Assembly: GCA_937925675.1 (NCBI GenBank)
Contig: CALAME010000002.1
Span: 6,261 to 70,260 of the forward strand
Origin: an uncultured Paenibacillaceae bacterium
GTDB taxonomy: Bacteria > Bacillota > Bacilli > Paenibacillales > CALAME01
Reading direction: 5' to 3'
Length of the DNA stretch: 64,000 nt
The position numbers and the translations under genes were made by a program. Of the stretch, positions 10,330 through 19,621 are shown piece after piece. Below the pieces are notes generated by a model that worked only from the letters and a program-made list of their open reading frames with translations, did not search any database and was not told the origin of the DNA. Positions within the stretch are counted from its first letter, which is position 1, and every line of letters starts with the position of its first letter.

Positions 10330-11190
10330 ATGAGTACCCGATTGCTGATGTGCGGCTTTTCTCATCATACGGAACCGTTTTTCACCGAAGCGGAAAACGG
10401 TCTGAACGCCTATCTGTTCCGTTGGCAGACCGAAGGACAGGCCCGAGCGCTGGTCGACGGTAAGATGCAAATCGTGGAAGCGGGAGATCTCCTTTTGTAT
10501 CAGCCCGGGGACCCATACCGGCTCATGATCGGCAAAGACAAAAGCACCCGTGAGAATCAACCGATCGCAAGCAGCGACTACTTTTTATCTTGCCAAGGGA
10601 GTTGGGTTAAACAGTGGTGGAACCGGCGCAAACGTCCCACCCTGGTCCGCATTGGTATCGAAGATCGACTGTTGTCATTGTGGCGCATGCTGATTTCGGA
10701 AAAAAGAAGGATGGAAAAAGCGAATGAGGAAATATGCGACTACCTGCTGCGCTCCCTGTGCCTGACGATCGACCATATGATCGATGAACGTTTTTCGCCG
10801 CAGGGACCGCCTTTTGTGGCCAACCGGATCAAATCGTACATAGAAGAAAGGGCCGCAACCCGCATCCGCATCAAAGATTTGGCCGAACATGTGCGGTTGA
10901 GCGAATCGCGTACCTCCCATCTGTTCAAAACATACTTTGGCAAAACGATTATCGAATATGTACATGAAGTGCGTCTGTCCATCGCTGAGGAACGGATCAA
11001 GTACAGCACCCTCTCCCTGGAACAGATCGCTGAATCGTGCGGATTTGGCAGCTATTCGTACTTTTACCGTATTTTCCGTAAAAAATATGGACAATCTCCG
11101 GCTGCTTACCGGGAAGCCTATTTTCGTTCATTGGCGGGCAAGCCCCGATCCGGGTCACAGCCGCACTCCGAGTTGCAGGCTGGACCCTAG
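10330..11190 (+). CDS. AraC-family transcriptional regulator (cupin-like N-domain plus HTH)
   Basis: The C-terminal AraC HTH reads …IKDLAEHVRLSESRTSHLFKTYFGKTIIEYV…IAESCGFGSYSYFYRIFRKKYGQSP. The ATG at 10330 lies 11 nt after GGGGAGG. Confidence 0.85.
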   Translation: MSTRLLMCGFSHHTEPFFTEAENGLNAYLFRWQTEGQARALVDGKMQIVEAGDLLLYQPGDPYRLMIGKDKSTRENQPIASSDYFLSCQGSWVKQWWNRRKRPTLVRIGIEDRLLSLWRMLISEKRRMEKANEEICDYLLRSLCLTIDHMIDERFSPQGPPFVANRIKSYIEERAATRIRIKDLAEHVRLSESRTSHLFKTYFGKTIIEYVHEVRLSIAEERIKYSTLSLEQIAESCGFGSYSYFYRIFRKKYGQSPAAYREAYFRSLAGKPRSGSQPHSELQAGP

Positions 11191-11248
11191 TTGCCATAGG
11201 GATTGATGTCGAGGCAGGGACCGGACCGGATTTTCACCGGTTTCCCTT

Positions 11249-12274
11249 TTAAGATTCAATTGACGATTCGCGCAAGACCGTTGCACCCGCCAGTTCTGCT
11301 GCCGCTTCGATCGCCGCTACCATGCTGCGTTCATCCGCCTTGTTTTTTCCTGCGATGTCAAATGCGGTTCCATGATCGACAGAAGTCCGGATAATGCCGC
11401 CTTTCAAACCGACGGTAATGTTAACCCCTTCTTCGATCCCCAACACTTTGACAGGGATATGCCCCTGGTCGTGATAACAAGCGACCACAATATCAAAATC
11501 TCCGCGTACAGCCCGATAAAACAAAGTATCTGCCGGGTGCGGTCCGGAAACGCATATATTTTCTTTTTTCGCCCGTTCAATTCCGGGTATGAGCTTTTCC
11601 TCCTCTTCTCCGTTTCCGAACAGTCCATTTTCTCCGGCGTGGGGATTGATCCCGCACACGGCGATGCGCGGTGTCTCAATTCCGGCCCGTTTTAACGTCT
11701 CATGCGCCAGCCGGATCACTTTGTACGTACGTTCAGGCGTAATCTTTTCGATCGCTTTCAAAAGGCCGACATGGGTAGTCAGGTGAATCACTTTCAGCTT
11801 CGGAGACGAAAGCATCATCGAATAGTCTTCCGTATCGGTCAAGGTCGCCAATATTTCCGTATGCCCCGGATAATGGTGACCGCCAAGATGCAGCGCTTCC
11901 TTGTTTAATGGAGCGGTAGCAATCGCATCAATTTCCTTCCGTTTGGCAAGATCCACCGCTCTTTCGATGTAGCGATACGCCGCATTTCCTGCCGCTGCAG
12001 AAATTTCCCCGAACGGTAAGTCTGGCGAAAGCAATTTCAAATCGATACAATCTATCGCGCCGTGAACGTACCGGGCCGCTTGAGGCGTATCTACGGATCT
12101 TACCGTTAAACCGCTATTTGTAACCGATACCGCCCGTTCCAAAATGACAGCATCACCGATGACAAGCGGCCGGCAAAATGAATAGATTCGTTCGTGTTGC
12201 AACGCCTTGACTATAATTTCCGGTCCGATACCGGCTGCATCTCCCATCGTAATTGCGATTACGGGTCTGTTCAT
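11249..12274 (-). CDS. pdxA2: PdxA-family 4-hydroxythreonine-4-phosphate/4-phospho-tetronate dehydrogenase (PdxA2-type by context)
   Basis: MNRPVIAITMGDAAGIGPEI… is followed by conserved HxGHTE and DHGTAFD motifs. The gene overlaps the upstream DUF1537 kinase by 4 nt. Confidence 0.85.
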   Translation of the reverse strand: MNRPVIAITMGDAAGIGPEIIVKALQHERIYSFCRPLVIGDAVILERAVSVTNSGLTVRSVDTPQAARYVHGAIDCIDLKLLSPDLPFGEISAAAGNAAYRYIERAVDLAKRKEIDAIATAPLNKEALHLGGHHYPGHTEILATLTDTEDYSMMLSSPKLKVIHLTTHVGLLKAIEKITPERTYKVIRLAHETLKRAGIETPRIAVCGINPHAGENGLFGNGEEEEKLIPGIERAKKENICVSGPHPADTLFYRAVRGDFDIVVACYHDQGHIPVKVLGIEEGVNITVGLKGGIIRTSVDHGTAFDIAGKNKADERSMVAAIEAAAELAGATVLRESSIES

Positions 12275-13557
12275 GCACGATTTCCTCCTCCGAAATATTG
12301 AAGCACTTGGATCCAGATGGAATCAGTTCCGAAACCTCCGGCTTTCGTTACAGCGTACAACGTTCTGCCCCCGAGCCGGTCGGATTGCAGACGGCCAATG
12401 GGAACACCGGTCTCCAGTTCGTCATCCAGTTCCATTTCGGCACATCCCAGCATCTTGCACACTTGTTTGGCCGTGTCACCGCCGGTCATCACCAGCGCAT
12501 CCACGTTGCCTTCCTCAACGATGCGGGCAGCCATTGTTCCCAATTGCGCAGAAATGGCACGGCTTACGGCACCGCGATCCTGCCCCGATTTTAACAACAG
12601 ATCACCATTCACAGTTTCACTTGAACTGTAAAGGACAACATGATGGCCTATCTGAAAAGCACCAACGGCTTCGTCCACAAATGATCTGTTTTCGTTTAAC
12701 CTGTTTTGAATGTTGAATTCGATTCCCGAAACGTCAGGATGCGCCAACAGCTCGTCAAGCTGGCGCCGGGAACGGGAATGCGTGCTGCCGACGACAAACA
12801 AAATCCGGTTCGCCACTATTGGCGAAAAACGGGTATGATCCCGTGACTTTACCGGCTGGACAAATGCAGTCAAAGCTTTGGCGAGCCCGGCAGATCCGCT
12901 CCAGACGATGCGGTAGTCGGTAGAAAGAAACAGCTCGACCGCCTGATATAAATGTTCATCCTGGGTCGCGTCCACCACGAGATAAACGATGCCCTCGTCT
13001 TTGAACTGCTTCAATTTCGCCTGCCAAGCTTCCTGATGAAGATGAAGATCTTCCAGCGTAATTAAGGCGACGTGGCGAGCCGTTTCCCGCCGCAGCAACT
13101 TCAGCACGTCCGATTCTTTTACCGGTGCCTGTGTATCCCTTCCTGCTTCGGTCTCATGAACAGGAACACCGTTTACAAACAGTGTTCCCTCTCTGACAAT
13201 ACGTCCGTTTTCCGGAAATGCCGGAGTGATGACGATAAAATCCGGACCAAACACATCATAGACCGCGTCCAGTTCAGCGCCGACGCGCCCCCGCATGGTG
13301 GAATCGATCTTTTTGTATACGATTTCAGGTTGCTCATCCCATTCCGATCGGATTCGTTCCGCGATCCGCTTGACCTGCGCGTAGGCTTTCGCTGCCGGAA
13401 GGGCGCGGCTGTCCGTATCATACACAACCGCTTCATACATGCCGTTGGGCGCTTGATCCGGATCGATACATACCGTAGTGGAAAAGCCTCTTTTCACCAG
13501 CTGTACACCGGTATCGTTTGCCCCTGTCAAATCATCAGCGATGACGGCCAGTCTCAA
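12271..13557 (-). CDS. Four-carbon acid-sugar kinase (DUF1537 family; OtnK/DtnK/DenK-like)
   Basis: The N-terminus MRLAVIADDLTGANDTGVQL is the hallmark of DUF1537 kinases. The 428-aa ORF is coupled to pdxA2. Confidence 0.85.
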   Translation of the reverse strand: MRLAVIADDLTGANDTGVQLVKRGFSTTVCIDPDQAPNGMYEAVVYDTDSRALPAAKAYAQVKRIAERIRSEWDEQPEIVYKKIDSTMRGRVGAELDAVYDVFGPDFIVITPAFPENGRIVREGTLFVNGVPVHETEAGRDTQAPVKESDVLKLLRRETARHVALITLEDLHLHQEAWQAKLKQFKDEGIVYLVVDATQDEHLYQAVELFLSTDYRIVWSGSAGLAKALTAFVQPVKSRDHTRFSPIVANRILFVVGSTHSRSRRQLDELLAHPDVSGIEFNIQNRLNENRSFVDEAVGAFQIGHHVVLYSSSETVNGDLLLKSGQDRGAVSRAISAQLGTMAARIVEEGNVDALVMTGGDTAKQVCKMLGCAEMELDDELETGVPIGRLQSDRLGGRTLYAVTKAGGFGTDSIWIQVLQYFGGGNRA

Positions 13558-13736
13558 TCGATCACCCCATCAAGGACCAAATCGTTGTTATGTCTCAGAG
13601 CAGCAGCAAAAACGCTGACATTGACAGTAGTATACACGAGCGTTTCTTGAAATGACAACCCCGTTGCCTTTTCAGTCTCCCATCGCTTACAATAGAATCC
13701 ATTAAAGAGGAACGGCATAGGAAAGTGGCGATTAAC

Positions 13737-14948
13737 ATGATCGAAAAACACGAAAAACAAAACGATAGAGCCTGGAAAATCACAAATGTGCGGATTGTAA
13801 GTGAAGACGGCGTGATCGAAGACGGGGAACTGTACGTTCATCACGATACGATTGTAGCGGTAAAAGACTCGAGTTTAAGCCGGAATGAAGAAAAAGAAAC
13901 GTTTCAGGAAGTGATTGACGGCGGAGGGGGATGGCTGTTGCCCGGTTTTATTGATATTCACGTCCATGGAGGGGCCGGGAGCCAGTTTATGGACGCCACT
14001 CCGCAAGCCTTGCACACGATCGCCCGCTTTCACAGCAAATATGGAACGACGGCGATGCTGGCCACCACCGTCGCCGCTCCCCTGGACCAACTGGAGAGGG
14101 TTCTTGACTGCGTGCATCAATACCGGATAAAGCCGCAACCGTTCGCACAGATCGCCGGTGTACACCTGGAAGGACCGTTTTTAAACAAAAAAAGGCCCGG
14201 TGCGCAAAATCCCCTGCACTTTCTGGCACCGGACACCGCTATTTTGAAGCGCTGGCTGCATGACTATCCTGAAACGCTCCGGCTCGTGACACTCGCCCCC
14301 GAGCTCCCCGGGGCCACGGACATGATCCGCATGCTCAAAGTTGCGGGTGTCGTTTCGGCATGCGGGCATACGGAAGCCACATATGAAGAAGTGATCAACG
14401 CAGTACCCTGCGGACTCACACATGCGGTTCATACTTTCAACGCAATGCGGGAACTGCACCATCGCGAGCCGGGAACCGTCGGTGCCGTGCTCACCGATGA
14501 CCGCATCACCGCTGAAGTGATCGCCGATGGTCTGCATGTCCATCCTGCCTGTATCCAGATGCTGTACCGCCTGAAAAAAGAACAATTGATCCTTGTCACC
14601 GACGCGATAGCGGCGAGCGGTCTCGGAGACGGCACGTACAAGCTCGGCGACCTCGACGTCATCGTCAAGGAGGGGACCGCGCGCCTGAAAGAAAACGGGG
14701 CGCTTGCCGGCAGTACGCTGACGATGCTGGCCGCGTTTCAATTTGCTGTACGTGTCGCAGGCATTCCGATTGAAGATGCAAGTCGCATGGCCAGCCTCAA
14801 TCCGGCAAAGGTGATCGGTATCGACGGTAGCACCGGCAGCATCAAGCCGGGAAAGAAAGCGGACCTCATTTGGCTCGATCGCGATCTGAACCTAAAGCAG
14901 GTTTGGGTGGCCGGAAACAAACGCTTTGTGCAGTCAAACGACCCCTGA
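13737..14948 (+). CDS. nagA: N-acetylglucosamine-6-phosphate deacetylase
   Basis: GFIDIHVHGGAG, HLEGPFL and HTFNAM motifs are present. A GTG at 13725 is an alternative start. Confidence 0.9.
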   Translation: MIEKHEKQNDRAWKITNVRIVSEDGVIEDGELYVHHDTIVAVKDSSLSRNEEKETFQEVIDGGGGWLLPGFIDIHVHGGAGSQFMDATPQALHTIARFHSKYGTTAMLATTVAAPLDQLERVLDCVHQYRIKPQPFAQIAGVHLEGPFLNKKRPGAQNPLHFLAPDTAILKRWLHDYPETLRLVTLAPELPGATDMIRMLKVAGVVSACGHTEATYEEVINAVPCGLTHAVHTFNAMRELHHREPGTVGAVLTDDRITAEVIADGLHVHPACIQMLYRLKKEQLILVTDAIAASGLGDGTYKLGDLDVIVKEGTARLKENGALAGSTLTMLAAFQFAVRVAGIPIEDASRMASLNPAKVIGIDGSTGSIKPGKKADLIWLDRDLNLKQVWVAGNKRFVQSNDP

Positions 14949-16727
14949 GCGGAACACAAAATCACCAATTTTTTCCGCCTGCAAGGGGCGGCTGATCAAA
15001 AATCCTTGCACTTCGTTACATCTTCTGGACAACAGAAAATCGTACTGTGCTTTCGTCTCCACCCCTTCGGCCACCACTTTCAATTTGAGACGCCGCCCGA
15101 GCGCAATGATCGTTTTCGTAATGGCCAGATCTTTTTCCCCGACCGGGATATCCTTGATAAAGGAACGGTCAATTTTCAACGTATCAATGGGAAAATATTT
15201 CAAATAGCTGAGCGATGAAAAGCCGGTGCCGAAATCATCGATCGAAATGCGGACTCCGAGATCTTTCAAACGTTTCAGCTTTTCGATCGCACTTTCTGCT
15301 TGGTTCATGACGATACTTTCGGTCAGTTCCAGTTCAATCTGGCCCGGGTCAATCCCGTAATGCTGAATCGTCTCCCGCACTTGGTCAACGAAGTCTTCCG
15401 CATGAAACTGGATGGCGGAAATGTTGACGGAGATGACAAACGGCGGCAAACCTTCTTCCTGCCATGATCGGATCTGTTTCGCAACGGAATGTAACACCCA
15501 GCGCCCGATCGCGTTGATCGCTCCATTTTCTTCGGCCAGCGGTATAAATTCATAAGGAGGAATGAGGCCCCGCTCAGGATGCCGCCAGCGAATGAGAGCC
15601 TCCACCCCGGTCATCTTCCCTTGTAGCAGATCGAGCCGCGGTTGGTATTCCAGAAAAAATTCATTGCGCTCAAGAGCTTGAAGCAAGCTGGCTTCCATCC
15701 GCATTCGTTCGTTCCATTCTTGGTCCATCCCCGGTTCGTAAAGCCGATATTCGCTGCGGCCGCTTATTTTGGCGTACTGCATCGCCATACCCGCGCGGCT
15801 CACCAATGTTTGCAGGTCGTGGCCATCATGCGGATATAGACTGATACCGATGCTGACCGAAATGAACAATTCCCGGCCATCGATTACGAGAGGCTGATAC
15901 AATTCGTCGAGGATCTGTTCCGCTTTTTGCCTCGCTAATGCTTCGCCGTTTATATGGGGCAGCACGATCAAAAACTCGTCTCCCCCCATGCGGGCAACCG
16001 TATCCCCTTCGTCTACGCTGCCCTGGATCCGCCTGGCCACGGCTTTCAGCAAGCGATCTCCCGTGTCGTGGCCGTACGTATCGTTCACTTCCTTGACCGA
16101 GTCCACATCGACAAACATGACGGTAAACGAAGTTTTTTTCGTTCGTGCCTCGTTCAGTACCGTTTGCAGGCGATCGTACCCGAGAGAGCGGTTCGGCAAC
16201 CCGGTCAGCGCGTCATGGTATGCCAGATGCTCAATCTGACGTTTGTCCTTCTCCCGCTCTTTCAACATCTTGCGAAACGAATCGATCATCTTGTTGAAGG
16301 CGACGCCGACCTGGGCCAGCTCATCCTGGGTTCGCACTTCCGCTCGGGTATCGAGCCGGCCGCGCATCACTCTGAGCGCTGCTCTTTTCAATTCATATAC
16401 GGCGCGGAGGACCGATATGTAGAAAGCGACGAAAAGATAAAAGATAAGGAGCAAGATCAACAAGGACGCAACTGCGATGATCGCCTGTTGCTGGCGCAGT
16501 TGCAAGACGTCTTCCCCGTTGGCTTCCAGCTTAAGGCCAGATTCATCTTTTATGTACTCGATAAACGAAATGAGTTCCCCGACCTGCTCCGTATGTGCCA
16601 GTACCACATATAGAGTGATTCCGAACAGGAGCAAAATCATAAAGCCGATCAGAACAAATTTTTGACCGTATTTCAGACGGTCCATAAAAAAGATGGCCGG
16701 AGAAAAGAGGTTCATCAATCTTTTCAA
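14934..16727 (-). CDS. Membrane HAMP-GGDEF-EAL protein (c-di-GMP turnover)
   Basis: It has two TM segments, a HAMP domain, intact GGDEF (RMGGDEFLIV) and EAL (VEALIRW) motifs, and DDFGTGFSSLSYL. Its 3' end overlaps the nagA 3' end by 15 nt. Confidence 0.9.
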   Translation of the reverse strand: MKRLMNLFSPAIFFMDRLKYGQKFVLIGFMILLLFGITLYVVLAHTEQVGELISFIEYIKDESGLKLEANGEDVLQLRQQQAIIAVASLLILLLIFYLFVAFYISVLRAVYELKRAALRVMRGRLDTRAEVRTQDELAQVGVAFNKMIDSFRKMLKEREKDKRQIEHLAYHDALTGLPNRSLGYDRLQTVLNEARTKKTSFTVMFVDVDSVKEVNDTYGHDTGDRLLKAVARRIQGSVDEGDTVARMGGDEFLIVLPHINGEALARQKAEQILDELYQPLVIDGRELFISVSIGISLYPHDGHDLQTLVSRAGMAMQYAKISGRSEYRLYEPGMDQEWNERMRMEASLLQALERNEFFLEYQPRLDLLQGKMTGVEALIRWRHPERGLIPPYEFIPLAEENGAINAIGRWVLHSVAKQIRSWQEEGLPPFVISVNISAIQFHAEDFVDQVRETIQHYGIDPGQIELELTESIVMNQAESAIEKLKRLKDLGVRISIDDFGTGFSSLSYLKYFPIDTLKIDRSFIKDIPVGEKDLAITKTIIALGRRLKLKVVAEGVETKAQYDFLLSRRCNEVQGFLISRPLQAEKIGDFVFRSGVV

Positions 16728-16789
16728 TGAAATTCACCCTCGTCTCTTTCTGTATACAAGAGGCGAGCTATTTCCCTTCTTTTCGACTC

Positions 16790-16818
16790 ATTATACATGT
16801 CCGAGCGTGCCTTGACAA
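16790..16818 (-). promoter_or_regulatory. Near-consensus sigma-A promoter for the GGDEF-EAL gene
   Basis: On the minus strand, TTGTCA and TATAAT are separated by 17 nt. Confidence 0.6.
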
Positions 16819-16845
16819 TGAAATTTTGTTTATTTTTACCACCGG

Positions 16846-17664
16846 TTATTCCATGCCCCACTTTACAAACTGGTCCCAGCCAAAGCCGACATGATCGGGA
16901 TGGTGCGCATCGGAACCGTAAACGAGCGGGATGCCATACTGTCGACATTCCCGAGCCAACCATTCCGGCACATAAATGCTTCCACATGTTGTCACCCGCA
17001 TACCGGCGGTGTTGACATCGAGGCCAAAGCCGGCATCTTTCAATTTCGGAAGCAATGACCTTAATCGCCGCTCCATGAGTGCGTCATCAAACGGAGGTAA
17101 CGCCTGACGAAATTTTTCGATCAGGTTGATATGTCCGATCCGCTTTCGGACCGGAATCTGTTTTCCCCACTCGATTGCCATTTCCACATGGTTGAAATAT
17201 TCATCGATGATGCGATCCATCGAACCGTAATAATCCAAAAAGGCATCGCGAAAATCGTCAGGGGTAAAATCGATGCAACGGATGCCTTCCTTTCCAGGCA
17301 AATAGTGAACGGAGACGATCACATCCTCCAAATCTTGAAGCCATGTATCAAGCATCTGTTCTGAAAAGGATTCGCTTTTGTACAAATAATCGATTTCGAG
17401 TCCGATCGTCACTTCGATCTGACCGGCGAATTGTTCCTTGATCTTTTTCATCTCCGCAAAATAAAGCGGCAGGCGGTCCATCGTCATCGCCAATTCTTCC
17501 ATCAGTTTCGGATCCCGCACCCAATTCTCTGGCAGGGGGGGATGTTCGCTCACGGTATAACGTTCGAATCCGAGTTCAACCGCACGTTGAATGTATTGTT
17601 CCTGTGCGGCGTCGCTGCCATGACAACAAAATGGTGTGTGCGTATGTCCGTCCCATTTGAGCAT
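16846..17664 (-). CDS. hisJ: Histidinol-phosphatase, PHP/HisJ family
   Basis: The sequence contains MLKWDGHTHTPFCCHGS… and …GSDAHHPDHVG. The ATG at 17664 has an AGAGGA RBS, while the ORF-track start at 17700 has none. Confidence 0.8.
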   Translation of the reverse strand: MLKWDGHTHTPFCCHGSDAAQEQYIQRAVELGFERYTVSEHPPLPENWVRDPKLMEELAMTMDRLPLYFAEMKKIKEQFAGQIEVTIGLEIDYLYKSESFSEQMLDTWLQDLEDVIVSVHYLPGKEGIRCIDFTPDDFRDAFLDYYGSMDRIIDEYFNHVEMAIEWGKQIPVRKRIGHINLIEKFRQALPPFDDALMERRLRSLLPKLKDAGFGLDVNTAGMRVTTCGSIYVPEWLARECRQYGIPLVYGSDAHHPDHVGFGWDQFVKWGME

Positions 17665-17746
17665 GCGGTAAACATCCTCTCTTTTCTTTTCCTCTATCAT
17701 ATATAATACTATAAATGATGATCAAACCATTGGAGGAAGAAGACGT

Positions 17747-18700
17747 ATGAAATATCGCAAACTTGGCAAAAACGGACCCGAAATATCGGTCATCGGCTTC
17801 GGTTCTTGGGCAATTGGAGGAGCGGGCTGGATCTCCAGCTGGGGGGAGCAGGATGATGAACTGTCCATCAAGAGCGTCCATCGCGCCCTCGATGCCGGAA
17901 TTACCTTTTTTGACACCGCGGCCGTATATGGACTGGGGCACGCCGAGGAAATCATCGGCAAAGCGTTGAAAAGCCACCGGCATGAAGTCGTTCTGGCTAC
18001 AAAATGCGGTCTCGTTTGGGATGAAAAAGGAAGAATCCGTCGCAACGGGTCTTACGAATCGATCATTCGCGAAGCGGAAAACTCATTGCGAAGACTCGGT
18101 ACCGATTATATCGACCTGTACCAGATGCACTGGCCGGATACCGATACAAAGGCACCTGTGGAAGAAACGATGCGGGCGATGGAAAAACTCGTGCAGGATG
18201 GAAAAGTGAGATATGTCGGCGTCAGCAACTTCGATGTGCCGCTTTTGGAAGCCGCGCTGAAGGTGCGCCACGTTGACTCTTTGCAACCGCCCTACTCGAT
18301 CTTGCGCCGCGAGGCGGAAAAACAAATTTTGCCGTTTTGCGAACAAAACGGCATCGGGGTTGTCGCCTACAGTCCGCTTGCATCCGGTCTTTTGTCCGGC
18401 AACTACACGGTCGACAAAAAGTTTGACAAGGGCGATTGGCGCAGCCGCAGCCGCGAATTTAAAGGAGAAGGCCTGCGCAGAAACTTGCAGGTTGTGGACA
18501 AGCTGAAAACGATCGCAGAGCGGCTCGGAGTGACCTTGCCGCAGCTCGCTGTCGCCTGGGTACTTGCCCATCCCGCAGTCACCGCTGCGATCGTCGGTGT
18601 GCGCAAGCCGGAACATATCAGCGGTATCCTGAAAGCAGCGGACATCGAATTGGACGAAGAAACAGTGGCAGAAATTCGTCAAATCGCCGAATCGAAATGA
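17747..18700 (+). CDS. Aldo/keto reductase
   Basis: MKYRKLGKNGPEISVIGFGSWAIGG…, DTAAVYG and …IDLYQMHWPD are characteristic of the family. Confidence 0.9.
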   Translation: MKYRKLGKNGPEISVIGFGSWAIGGAGWISSWGEQDDELSIKSVHRALDAGITFFDTAAVYGLGHAEEIIGKALKSHRHEVVLATKCGLVWDEKGRIRRNGSYESIIREAENSLRRLGTDYIDLYQMHWPDTDTKAPVEETMRAMEKLVQDGKVRYVGVSNFDVPLLEAALKVRHVDSLQPPYSILRREAEKQILPFCEQNGIGVVAYSPLASGLLSGNYTVDKKFDKGDWRSRSREFKGEGLRRNLQVVDKLKTIAERLGVTLPQLAVAWVLAHPAVTAAIVGVRKPEHISGILKAADIELDEETVAEIRQIAESK

Positions 18701-18723
18701 ACCGTCCGTTCAAAATGATCCGC

Positions 18724-19509
18724 TCAGTGAATCTGAATTTCGATTTCCGCACGAAGCACCTTCTCCTCCTGCGGTCGGTCGGGAAGCGAATATCGGGCTT
18801 CCGCTGCAAGGATATATTTGCCTTGCGGCAAATCGTGCAGCATCGGGGTTTCGCTTGATGATATATCGTGTTCCGTGTGGAACGAGCGGATGAGTTGCAC
18901 CGGAAATTCGTAGCGGTATTCATCATGCTTGTTGAACGTCGATCGCCCTTCATTAAATCGTTCCGAGCGCACCGTGCGGCCGTTTTCGTCCCGGATTTCA
19001 AATCCGATCAGCGGTGTTGTATGGGAGATTGTCATTTCCTTATCGCCTGAATACGTAAACGATGCCCAAACGCGCAGCGATTCCTCCTGAAAATAATGGC
19101 GTTTTGCCGAACGGAGGGCCAATGTAAAAGGTCGGTCGCTATCCACAGCGACTACCTGTGACTTCGTCGGATGCGGAGTAACGTGCTTGACCGAAACGGT
19201 GCGGCTCTTCTCATCATAAAAAACATCGGCGCCCATGCTTTCAGCGATAAAGCGCAGCGGCACATACACACGGTTGTTGTAATTGAGAACGTGCTGTCCT
19301 TGCCCCGGGGATTTGTTTTCTCCATTAAAACGGAGTTTGGCTGAAAAGAGCGTGGCCAGCACATCGTTGGCAGCCCCAACCACCGGTGTCAGAAAAAGAG
19401 CCAAAATAAGAAATACGACAAGCGCACGCATTCCAGTTTTCACGCGCTTTAATTCCAAACACTTTCGATAAAAACGCTTTCGATCCAAACGATTTCGATG
19501 ATGCATCAT
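18724..19509 (-). CDS. Secreted/anchored protein with a copper-amine-oxidase N-terminal-like (stalk) domain
   Basis: A signal-anchor MRALVVFLILALFLTPVVGA is followed by …NNRVYVPLRFIAESMGADVFYDEKSRTVSV. The ATG at 19509 lies 9 nt after AAAGGAG. Confidence 0.7.
   Translation of the reverse strand: MMHHRNRLDRKRFYRKCLELKRVKTGMRALVVFLILALFLTPVVGAANDVLATLFSAKLRFNGENKSPGQGQHVLNYNNRVYVPLRFIAESMGADVFYDEKSRTVSVKHVTPHPTKSQVVAVDSDRPFTLALRSAKRHYFQEESLRVWASFTYSGDKEMTISHTTPLIGFEIRDENGRTVRSERFNEGRSTFNKHDEYRYEFPVQLIRSFHTEHDISSSETPMLHDLPQGKYILAAEARYSLPDRPQEEKVLRAEIEIQIH
19455..19499. repeat. 3 x 15-bp tandem direct repeat
   Basis: The plus strand reads CCAAACACTTTCGAT / AAAAACGCTTTCGAT / CCAAACGATTTCGAT. It lies in the basic N-terminal region or leader of the 18724-19509 gene. 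Confidence 0.9.
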
Positions 19510-19621
19510 TTTAAAACGCTCCTTTCTCACGATGTCCGCCATAACACATAAACGGCGTGTAAGATATGCTATAATGGGTTGTTAATAGAATGAATGGTGT
19601 TGCTAAAGGAGAGAAAAGAAC

